From Paragordius varius (lineage: Eukaryota > Animalia > Nematomorpha), in assembly GCA_964247055.1 (NCBI GenBank), contig OZ176055.1, positions 9,424,001-9,488,000 on the forward strand: DNA of 64,000 nucleotides, read 5' to 3'. The translations under genes and the position numbers were made by a program. The stretch's first letter is position 1. Every line of letters begins with the position of its first letter. A model generated the notes under the pieces. That model was not told where the DNA came from and made no database searches. It was given only the letters and a program-made list of their open reading frames with translations. Of this stretch, positions 25,202 to 37,000 are shown piece after piece.

Positions 25202-28200
25202 ATGAAAATTATTACGGCGATGCTAATTTGTATGATGCTAGTTTTGGGACAATTCAGTTTTGACGTTAACACTTTGATGGTAACCAAAAATTTTGTTAAG
25301 GAACTTCATTTAGTTGATTTTACACATAAAAATCTTAATTCACAAAATGCGAGTTTTGTATTTTCTCCGCTTATGATGGCTCTTTCGTTGGGCGTCTTAC
25401 AAAAAGCTTCAACCTGTTCCTTACCAATCTACCAATACATTGTTCAAAAACCAAAACTTAACTCAATATTAAAAAGCAAACTTCTGAACGAATTATACAT
25501 AAAAAAAGATGTAACCAAATATAAGAAAGAATTTAAGACTGATGTTCAAACTAAATATGGTGCATCCTTGATATCCATAAAGCCTAGCTTAACACCCGAA
25601 CAAATAAAAACATTTATCAATAGTCGAGTAGCTCGCTTTACCAAAGTTAACGATGCCATAATCAATATACCACCCAATTACCAATCTTTAATGGTTAATT
25701 CGATATATCTAAAAAGTGGATGGAAAGAATTTGATCGATCAAAGTATATTTCGTTTCAAAATTGTTTTATAAAATTATACTGTGTGCAAAAAAGAGGGTC
25801 AATTTTTTTTAAAAAATTTTTTTTCATGAGATAGCTTATGACCAGCGAATTCATTTTTCGCATTATGTTGTAGACTTAGTTTTTGAAATATCGAGAGAAA
25901 ATCGGAGTTTGCAAAAACTGAAAATAAGGATAATTAAGGAGAATTAAAAATTGATAAAACCTGATATATTAAAGCTTATTATCATTTTATAAGATATTTA
26001 AAATTAATAAATATTTTTTTGTCTTTGAGTGTATAATAAATTATTTGATTTATTTTTGCTTACATAAGCGCGAATCACAAAGATTATAAATAAACACAAA
26101 ATAGGATTTTACAAGTAGTGGAATATCAACCAAAAATCCGTACAAATCCCAGTAATAAGTTTGTTTTAGGACATTTTAATATTTTTTGTACGAATTTTAG
26201 TTGATATTCCACTATTTGTAGACTATTATGTATTAATATAAATACTTTGCGATTCCCGCTCATGTAAGATTCCAAATAAAACATTAAAATTATTATTAAC
26301 ACATAAACAGATGACAAAAAAATAATAAAAAAAATATAATTTTATTTTAATATTTAACTTATGTTTGAGTTTTATAAAAAGGCTAACTATATGATTTTAG
26401 CTAATTATATAAAAATTATAAAATGATAATAAACCCTAATATATTATATCAATATTTTTTTAATCTATAAAATTATAAAAATAAAAAATGCTGGCTTTGT
26501 GATCTGTTTCCGGAAAACCGGTAGACCCATTCACATCCAAATGTCGAAATCTGTATAATCATTGATGAATGCCCTGACAAGAGCTTCGCCCTTTTTGGAA
26601 TTAAGCCACCAGTTCGGGCCCACCTTTAAAACATTTTTTTTGTAAAAAGAAGTCCACAAAAATCGTGTCTTTGAGACAATTTTCCGGTACACATGTTGGA
26701 CCATTCGATTTCAAATATGATTTTTTTTTACTTTTTTTCGATTGCGCCGAGTAGGATTTCTTTTTTAATTTAGGCCCTCTTTATACCCGCTCCCCGTAAA
26801 ATGAATTTTTTAAATCTATTTTTCGCCCAAGGTATATGTAAAAATTCAATGAGGATTCAAGGTATTTCCTGCCAAAAAGCAAAAATTTTAGTCGTGGATT
26901 TTTTAATGGCTGCTGGGTAAACAGATACCCGCAAAAAACTGAACTGCTAACCTACTCCATAAGAACAAATTACACTCATTGAAGTGATCAACTGCATCAC
27001 AAAATATGCATTTATATATATATATATAGGAATTCAACAAATGTGTGTAAGTCAAACCTTTTTACTCCATAAGGACTAAATTATACATGTTTTTTTATTA
27101 TTTATATGCCCGATGTCAAAACTAAAGCTTTTTTTGCACGTTTCACCCAATAATTGCTTAAGTTTTTTTTATACTAAGATCATTGATTTTTGTCAACATT
27201 GTTTAAATTTGATGTGCTTGGGGCCTTTATACCCTTAAACCCGTTCAAAAATATGTTTTTGAGGCTATTTTCCGCCAAAATTATGAGATCATAATAAATT
27301 AATTAGGAGTACAGATCGCGTAAAAAGGCAAAAAAATTTGCCCCCCCCTCTTCTTAATAAAAGGACTTTCTCAGGCTGAGTAGCAGCCAAGATTTACGCT
27401 AGTTATTTTTATGATCTTATTTCACTTTTTTTTCAATTTCAATTTTCTCTCAATATTTTAAAATCTAGGTGGTTAACAAATAAAAATTTTTGCGGCAAAT
27501 GAAGATATATATATATATAAATATCTCATGAAAAAATATTTTTGTTAAAAAGTTTTTGCACATAGTGTATTTATCGGATTTATAATTTGTTTGTGTGGTT
27601 TATTCTATGCTTTTTTGTGTTCATGTAGGAATATACTAGAAACATTTCATGGAAAACATAAAAATGTCACAACCACATTCATGGTAGATGAGAAACGGGC
27701 TGTTCGCATATATAATTCTTCGATTCTTCAATTAACAATCATTAGTTTAGATCTTATGGGTGATTTGAGTTTAATTATTATTTTACAACACCAATACCCC
27801 CATCCTGTAGATAATGACAAAGTGTCGTTTACAGACGAAATTACCAAATTACCAAAGAAGCCTACAATCGTAAAATTTGCGATGCCTTACTTAAGACAGG
27901 AAACTGATATTGGGAATCGCTTAATTCATTTAATCACATTATGCCGAAAGTAAGGTTGTTAAAATTTATTGCAAAAAGACTTTAAAGTTAGTCATTATTG
28001 ACAATTTAAAGAATTATAGACATATTACAAATTGGTTGTCAAAATATTGTTTAACATTTTAATAAAATGTTTTATACTAAAATTATTTTGTTCTATTCGA
28101 TTGCTTCATGCAAAACCATAAAAAAGTTAAAGTCGCAAAATAGCGCACCATATCCATCAAATTTTTTGGTAGAGACTGAAAAATTTAAACCAAGATAGTT

Positions 28201-28823
28201 TGTTAATATATATATTTAAAAATATTTATATTTATGCAAAATGATGTGGGCTTCCAAATGACTTATTTTTGACTCCACTAAAATGGGTTCGCTTTCTTAA
28301 ATGCAAAATGCCGAGATTGGACGATAATTTTTAATATGTGCTAGATTATAGTATTAATAGAGGTTTTTTGTAAAAAGAGCCAATTTAACAAAGTTTTGAA
28401 AATTTATTTTTTAGACGGTGCATTTTTTTCTAAAACTTGTTTGGATGTCATTACGTAGAATACATTAAAACATCACGCAATCTCGGCATTTTAGTGTTTT
28501 ATAAAAAACTTGCCCATTTCGGAATTTTTACACATATTTTTCAAAAGTTAATTGGATCGTTGTACATAAATAAATTTCGATTCCTATTATATAGCTCTAT
28601 GAACAAAATTTTGGAGGGAAATCATACATATAACCTTGATATGTGGAATCATAAAATCAAAATTGATCTGACAGAACGAGGATTGAACGCCGATTATTAT
28701 AGATCTGATCCGGTCCCAACAAACTTTACTGATGGAATCATACTGAATAGACCATTCTATTATATGATTGTGGTAAAAAAGACTGGACACATACTATACT
28801 TTGGGAAATATGTCAAACCTTAA
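25202..28823 (+). CDS. Secreted serpin (~363 aa); exons 25202-25743, 27629-27949, 28595-28823
   Basis: Signal-peptide-like N-terminus; serpin motifs FVFSPL, INSRV (cf. INxWV), NSIYLKSGW (cf. NAIYFKGxW), KFAMPY, and IILNRPFYYMI...ILYFGKYVKP. Exons join in frame (1092 nt, both introns phase 2). Confidence 0.9.
26464..27402 (+). mobile_element. Non-autonomous Helitron-like element (single-unit relative of 3125-5281) in serpin intron 1
   Basis: a|TCTATAAAATTATAAAAAT..ATGCTGGCTTTGTGATC start; one copy of the 475-bp unit; 3' hairpin GGCTG-agtag-CAGCC; CTAG|t at 27399-27403. Confidence 0.8.
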
Positions 28824-29269
28824 TATATTTAGCCAACATAAAACTCCATAAAATAACTATTTTAAATTAATCTATATAGTTAAATAACTAATAATTATTC
28901 AATTTTAAATTATTTATTTCCAATGTTTAATTTATTTTTCTCCCATTGGATGATTAATAACATCTTATATTTCGTTAAATATTTGTTTAGGAAAATAAAT
29001 GCTTATTCGAAAGTAATAACTTTAGTTTACACAATATCGCAATTTTGATAATAGAATGTTTAGAAGGGTTTTATTAAATAGGCAACCACACTTACCAATA
29101 TGTATAATAGAATGCTCGAGATTATTAACTGTCATTGGGGTAAGTCATTTTATAAAACATTTAAACTTATGATGGAAAAAAACAAGTAATTTTATATAAA
29201 ATAATATATCTACTTTGGTATAAACCCTATCACACTATAGAGTTATTAAATAGAATAATTGAGAGATTC

Positions 29270-29510
29270 GATTCGCATCTTAAAATTTTATAAAATAAAA
29301 TCCAGGGCTTAAGGGTGAGATTAATTATTAATATTTACTTATTTTATTTCGATAATATAAAACTTTATCAGATAAAAATGAGGTAAAAATTAATTAAAAT
29401 ATAAAAACTAAATAAAAAACTAAGAGATAAATGACAATATAAAGGTTATTTTGTTTATAATTGTTTTGATGGAGGTAATTGATATGTAATGTATATGGTT
29501 GGAGTAACAT
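29270..29510 (-). repeat. Solo 3' tail (pseudo-LTR-like) of the Penelope-like element
   Basis: Reverse complement of 24520-24770 (e.g. aaatgacaatataaaggttattttgtttataa and tccagggcttaagggtgag); contiguous with the minisatellite. Confidence 0.75.
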
Positions 29511-30052
29511 ATTAGCTTGGTTAATAAAATTGTTAAAAAGTAATGGTTGTCTGTTAAAAATACACATAATGGATCTAACCTAATTGTTGAAATGTAATGG
29601 TTGATTGGTAAAAAAAGATGGTTGCCTGTTAAAAATACCCATATTAGCAGGGTTAATAATTTAATTGTAAGAAAAGTATTCGGTGATTGGTGAAAAATGA
29701 TGGTTGATTGTTAAAACATATTATCATGGCTAATATAACTTAATTGGAAAAAAATTATTTTTTAATTGCTAAGAAGCGATGGTTGATTGTTGAAAATACC
29801 CATATTAGCATGGTTAATATAACTTAATTGGAAAAAATTTATTTTTTGATTGATGAATAAGCGATGGTTGGTTGTTGAAAATACCTATATTAGCGTGTTT
29901 AATATAACTTAATTGTAAGAAATGTATTTCATTGCTGAGAAGCCATGGTTGGTTGTTGAAAAAACCTATATTAGCGTGTTTAATATAATTTTGCTGAAAA
30001 ATAATGGATTAAAGTAGTTAGAATAGTTTCATAAAATTTTAATTGTTTAAAA

Positions 30053-30640
30053 CAGGAGTGTCAAACACGCGGATCTCGGGTCACAAAGGCCCTCGAAATA
30101 TTCTGCACCAGCGAGATATTCAAATATAAAAATGCAAGATTTTTAAGTAAAATGATTTTCTTAAACAAATTTTCTGAAAATATGTTACCAAAATTTGCAA
30201 AAATTGTTTAAATATATTCAGTTTTTACAGTCTTATGTTTAGAATCTAATAAAATATTTGTTGATGCCCTTATACAGTAAAATTGAAATTATACGGACAA
30301 AACGGTGAAAATATAAAGACAACTATTTTTTATAAAAAACAACCATACTTTTTTAAACCTAATTTTTTGCATATAAATTATATAATTACAATCTTAAAAT
30401 ATATAATTAATTGTGTCACCAATATAATTATCAATTTTATAATATGCAATTTGAAACAATAAGTTATACATAAAAAATGAAGCTTAAAAAAGTAAGTTTG
30501 TCTTTTGAAAAAAAAATTTGTGTCTATATATTTCAGTTTTGTCCGTATTATTTCAATTTTTCCTGTATTTTGCAAATGCGGCCCCTCGAATTTTTCGATT
30601 AAGAAATGCGGCCTGCGAAACCATTTATGTTGAAACTGGT
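30053..30640. mobile_element. hAT(Charlie)-like MITE containing a nested Tc1-like MITE
   Basis: Starts CAGGAGTGTCAAACACGCGG; typical gcggcccc...gcggcc motifs near the right end; right TIR is degenerate. Confidence 0.55.
30275..30565. mobile_element. ~290-bp Tc1/mariner-like MITE
   Basis: TA|CAGTAAAATTGAAATTATACGGACAAAAC ... GTTTTGTCCGTATTATTTCAATTTTTCCTG|TA: long TIRs with a TA TSD. Confidence 0.8.
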
Positions 30641-30984
30641 TTATAATAAATGTTGATTGTTAAATAATAATTGATTGCTAAAATATTATCATGGTTAATA
30701 TAACGTAATTGTTAAAAAGTTAAAATTCATTTTTGAAAATATCCATAATAATATAATAGCATGATTAGTTTTTAATTAGAATAAAAAGTGTTGTTGATTA
30801 TGGAAAATCCATATTATACCATTTTTCTGGCAAAAACAACATTTTTTCAGCCAAAGATAATATTTTTTCAAGCAAAAATACAAATTTTTTTAAAATTAAT
30901 AAAATTTTTTTTTATTTTAGGGCAATTGTACTTATATAATTTTAAGTTAATACAATAAAATTTCAGCGTTAAATTATGATTTTT

Positions 30985-31200
30985 TAACCAGTAGTGGAAG
31001 AAATGACATAAATAGGTTAGGTTGGTTTGGGCACTTTGAAAGGAGTGATTCTAATTAAATTGCAAAAACAATAGAGAGTCATATAGTTAAAGGAAAACGA
31101 TGACCCTAAAACTAGATGGATAGACATATTAAAAAGAGAGCTTGCAGAAGACGCCATAGATAGAGTTCTATGGCGAGACAGGTGTTTTATCATCAATATT
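30985..31200 (+). pseudogene. 3' remnant of an RTE-clade non-LTR retrotransposon
   Basis: Translates to NRLGWFGHFER...GKR*PKTRWIDILKRELAEDAIDRVLWR, the RTE C-terminal RLRWFGH...GRPxxRWxD...AxDRxxWR signature. Confidence 0.75.
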
Positions 31201-32549
31201 TGATGTTAAATTGATTAATTTTCAAACATTTTATTTTTGCCCATAAATTGCATTTTTTATTTTTATATTATCTTTTTTTACAATTTAGTCTCACCCATAA
31301 TCAGTCCTTATATAAAGTTGTTCCTTGAGTGTATTTCAAGTTTGTCCTTAATATATTTTAATATTGATTCTCACTTTTATTAATGAAGCAAAAAAATATT
31401 CATATATCCTATCATTTTAAACCTACTCTCTTTATTTAATCTAAACTTTAATAAATACCAACTTTTTATATTAAAACCATATATCCTTATAAAATTTTTT
31501 TAACCATATTTATATATATCTAAGTGAGAGTTATTGATTGTAATATTTAGTTAAAATATTAATATGTTTATTATTTAATTAAAGAAAGAGTGTACTAAAC
31601 AAATCAAGTTGTTCTATGAAAATATTAATTTTGAATGAATAATTACTAATAATAAAGATATTAGGTTAAAAAAAATAAAATAGATAATTACATACAAAAA
31701 ATATGTATGCAAATTGCAAAAAAATGTAAGGATCAACTTTAAGTGAAGGACAACTTAAAACTTTTAAAGATACTCTTGAAGCGCAAATTGTATAGATTGA
31801 TTAGGTGAAACTAAGTTGTATAAATAAATAAATAATGCAATTTATGGGCTAAATCAAAATGTTTGAGATGGTACTTAATTAAAAATATTTATTCGTCAGA
31901 TATGCACACTGCATAAATATCCCAATTGTAATAATCCAAATTATGAAATTAAAATTTATATATGAAACTATTTTTATAATTAAAATTTTTTTATAGCCAA
32001 TATTTTATGGATTTTAATTCATTTTCAAAAAAAATACAAAAACAACGTCAAAAATTTATTAAGTTTAAATACATATATAGGTGTATACATATATGCAAAA
32101 GAAGAGTATTATAAAAGTGACTTGACTATACATATTTATATATAAGATATTCAAATAATAATAGATATCACAAAACCATTTATAATTATAAATTCTGTTG
32201 CGGTAGACTCATTAAACATATCACTTATGAGAAGAAACCATAATTTTTAACAATATTTAAGCATTATGAATGTACTTGCAGTGTGATAATAGCTATGTAA
32301 ATATATTAAAACCTTTATTTAACAGGAATGCAATTATCCATGTGATAAAAAATTTTTAGCTATACCTTTTTAATGCTTATTATTATACATTAACTATAAT
32401 ATATATTTGAAAGTTAAAAGGCAATACAGATGGATATATGAAATATAATGCTAAAAGAAATATTGTTTTTTCCATTTTGGTTTCTTAATTTTTTAGTTAA
32501 TGATTTTTGAAAAAACCGGGATATAGCAAATCAAACTAAAAAATGCCAG

Positions 32550-34038
32550 TTAAAATATAGGAGAGTCATCACTATCCATAGCAATATTTTGGAAAGAAAC
32601 GTTTTTATTTACAGCGTAATTTTTATCATTTCCATTTTTAAGGTTTAAATTATTGTTTGTGGTTGTTATAGGCGTATTTCGAGAACCGGTGCCATATTCC
32701 ATCATGGTATTTGTATCATCTGCATTACTGTTTACTATCAATTGAGCTTCAGTGTGCTAAAAAATCAATATAAAAAAAAGTTTATTTTTACCCAAAAATC
32801 TCTTTTATTTTTATCATTTTTTGGAGACAAGACAAAAAAAATTGAATAGATAAAATTGTTCGCTGTTTAAAGACAAAAGGTTGGAAAAAAATTTGGAAGA
32901 AATACTGAAATTATATAACAAAAATTAAAATAAGACACTTAAAAACAAAAAACAACACACATTTTACAAAACCATATTTTTTACCTTGATATTTTTTAAA
33001 TATAACTAACTCTTAGTTTATGTTGCATAATAACAAAACAAAGATGTAAATTGGTAGCACTCTATATTAAACATTTTACAATTGTAACTAAATATTTAAT
33101 GGAGATAGTATATTTTTAATAAGTTTGTGGTCTTCTAAAAAAAACAATTGTCTTTTTCACTTTACTAGGTTTATTAATAATATTATCGATTGTTCAAAAG
33201 TTTCAGCTCTGCTTAAATGAAAAATTAAAATTTAAAAAAAAACCCTTCGCATTTGTTCAGTGGTGGTAAGAATTTTAGCTATAGGATACCAAAACTTTGG
33301 TAATGTAATCATTAGAGAAGGCTGAGTTTGAGTAAGTAAAGGCTTCAGAAATCTAATCCAAAAATAAAAAAAAATTCAAAAATCTTAAATTTATTAAAAA
33401 TAAAATATATCCAACTAAAATTTTCGATACATAATAATATCTTTGACAATGGATAAAAATTAATGAAACACTAGTGTATTAATACTCATTTTTAAACTAA
33501 AGTCACATTTTATCTCCTTAGGTCGATTATCTGAAATTAAAAGTTGTTTAAAAGTCATTTTGCAAAATAATAAAAAATTAATTCTAAGAAATAATTAATG
33601 ATAGTAACTTGTAATCCAAGTAACCCCAAGTCCGTACCAAAAAATTATGACTATACGTGTCAGGAACTATATTTGCTTGGGGATGGGATGATACACTAAC
33701 CTCAAACTAAATTATCATTCAGAAAAAAAATTTGTTATATGAGTTAAGTAAAATTTTCAATTTAAAAATATTATTAAAAATATGTGTTGCCTTAAAAATT
33801 TCATATAACTATGTTTCCTTATAATTTTCTATAACAAAATTTTCCAAGAATTAAATATTCTTTTTTTTTTAAAAAAAATGTTCTATGCTAATATTTCTGC
33901 AATATGTATCATTTATAAGGTAAATGAATATAATTCATATATAATTTTAAAATGATTAAGTGCGGTTTGCACCATTTTTTGAGGTATAAAAAAGTTATAT
34001 TTTTAACGAAAAATTTAAAATTTTCAATTATGTAATCA

Positions 34039-34074
<36 letters not shown>

Positions 34075-37000
34075 CCTTTTCACCATTTCCATCATCATCA
34101 TTTTGATTGGTAAATTGCTTGTAAGGTGATATTATTTGACCATTAGAAAGTACTCTTGATTCGACCTCAGTATTTTGTTGCGAATAAGAATATGTATTTT
34201 TATTATTGCTATCTTTTCGTTCCAGAGATGACGTTTTTTTAGCTTTTCCAACATTGGCAAAATTAGCCCTAAGCTCAGGATTATTTTCATCTACCCCAGT
34301 TCTGGTTGCATAATCAAATTTTCAACAGTTATTATGTAAAAAGAGGAAATTTAAAAAATAAACGTTTAAAATATTTTCCATACTTAGTTGTTTTTTATTC
34401 AACCTTAAACAAATCAAATTCACCCTTAAACAATTCACATTCACTCTCAAATAAATTATATGTTTTTTAAGATCCATAATATTATAGCATAATTTTAAAA
34501 AATAAAATTTTGTAAATTAAACAAATACTGAAAAAATAATAAACTATGCCATAAGAATATATATTATATTCTAATGAGTTATATTAGTTTGAAAGCACAT
34601 ATATTATTTTAGGCCGAATTTGAATTGTTCAAGGGTGAATTTTAACTCTATATATATATATATATAATGGTAAAAAATCAATCAAGAAGTATTTCTTTTA
34701 GTAATGTCACCACATTATTTGTAACTTAAATGAATGATAATACTAAATTTTTCTTTAAAACATTATTTCTCATTCAAATGAATGATAATTAAATAAATAT
34801 TTCCATAAAACGATAGATAGAATTACTAAAATCATTATTGAATGCTAACAAATAAACCCCACCTAATGTTCAAATATTCCAGGAGTTTTGTCGTCGTACT
34901 CCCACAAAACAAGACAGTTATTATGACAATTAAGCTTGTCGTCGTACATAATGCCCTACGTTGCGTTGTAGACGTATTCCGAAGGGCCAAGGCAAATGCA
35001 ACTGCTCCCCGTAAACCTATAGGCATATAAAATGAATTAATATTAATATGGTTTTTGGAAAAATTTATATTTAAAGCCAAACAAAACTACTACGATTAAT
35101 CAGTGTAAGAATATAGAAATGTTATTTTTTTGTGGTGTAAAACATGGGAACAAATAAAGAAAATGGTGTCTCGTAGTTAAAATCTCAAAAATATTGCCAA
35201 CCGTATAATCATTAATTAGCTTAAGAATCCAAAAAATTGTTTTTTCCCGAAAAATAATAAAATAGGGGCAAAAAATCGCGAAAAATTAGTATTTTTCAAC
35301 TTGAAATCACCAAAAACGATCATTAATTTGGGTAGAAAAATATTTTTCTTTACCAAGGGTACCACGGGATATAAATTAATTAATACTTTTTTAGACCGAA
35401 AATATTTCAAAAAACGATCATTAATCAGCGTAACTATACATAAAAATTATTTTTTAAATTAGGTTAAATGAGCGCCCTAAATTAATCAAATTATGAAATA
35501 TGGTAGGTAGATTTTAGCCCAAACTATTATAATTTGGCACGTGTATACATTTGTGTAGAAACACTGTATAAAAAATGTTTTAACCCGATTAATAGACATT
35601 AAAAATATGGCGCAAGTTAAATAAGTCATTTTCAGCAGTTGAGAAAAGGTGTGCAAAAAAGCAAAAAAAAGGATTTGTTTGATTCCATTTATGTTAAAAT
35701 TATGTAGTAATACATATGCATTTTAATAGTTGTTGCTTTTTTCACACAACATTATAGTTGGGGGCAATTTGCAACACACACAGTAGTGTATGGGAAAAAA
35801 CAACAAAAATGTTAAATAAGCAATTTATTTCTATCTCTCTCTTTTTTTCCATTACACTCCCCCAACTATAGTGGTGTGTGAAATAAGCAACCATTAAAAT
35901 ACATTCTGTAAAATTAGTATTTGGAAGTAAGTTTAACACTTCGATTCAAATTGGGGTATCTAAATACCCCAGACTAAATTTAAATTAATATTTTTAAAAA
36001 ACTACTGAAGGAAACGGTCCCAATTTAAATTTATGCTTCTATCCTGATAAAAATTATATAACTAAGCCAAAATATCATGATAAAATTTTGTTTTGAAAAA
36101 AAAGTTTCATCTCAAACTACTTCGACGCAATTTTTATTTTACGAAATTTTTGCAAAATATCGTCTTCATTTAATTTTAAGGGTAAAACTAAAGCTAATTT
36201 TTTATATAAATTACATCTAACATTGATAGAAATAGAAAAAGCGGTTTATTTTGTATTATTTTTTAATTTTATAATTTGACACATGTCACGTTGACGAAAT
36301 AATACCTTTCGGTTTTAGCTTAAAATAAGTAGTATCAAGTGTTTTTGAATATATTTTTTATATATTTCGGTTTATCAATGTTATATAAGTGCAAAATTTT
36401 GCCATGGATTGCTTCCATACTTTTTAAATTGATTTTAAACAGGCCTGGGGTATCCAACTACCCCAATTTGAATCGAAGGACTAAAATGAGTGTGTTGTAT
36501 CCAAGTGTTAATAAAAGTTGATTATGGAATCATTTTAAATGGCGATATTATCTAGTGATATGTTATATAAAAATTTAATCTCGCATCTGGTTAACCGATA
36601 AAAATATATAAGCCCATTTTGTGTAAATGAATGGTAAACATACATTTAATTATTATTAATCGAAAATATGGATGAGAAATAGATATAATTTTTGGCAAAA
36701 CCATATTTAAAATAAAAATTGTGTTATAAAAATCATTTAACTAACTTAAAAAAATATCAAACACATAAACTCTCTATAAAAATTTGATTATAAACGGACT
36801 CTATAAAACTATATGTAAAATCAATTTAAAACTTATATATTTACCTGAAAACATAAACATGTGTTGTGTGTTAAGTGGTATAGGTTTATTCCTCCCCAGG
36901 TTAAGTAAAAACGATAAGGGATATACATTACATATACGCGATACAAATATGGCAATCTAATATAAAACATAAATAATTTTTAATAAATTTTAATCTTAAA

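Larger units (their letters stand above)
29500..30800. repeat. Second array of the ~60-75 bp minisatellite, interrupted by nested MITEs at 30053-30640
   Basis: Same atggttgattgttgaaaatacccatattagcatggttaatataac unit as 20780-22290; it resumes after 30645. Confidence 0.85.

Noticed and set aside
33168-33225. Possible extra small NHE exon
   Set aside because: All phase-0 acceptors hit a stop; the flanking exons join in frame without it.
34040-34072. (TA)n tracts here and at ~62805 and elsewhere
   Set aside because: Ordinary microsatellites.
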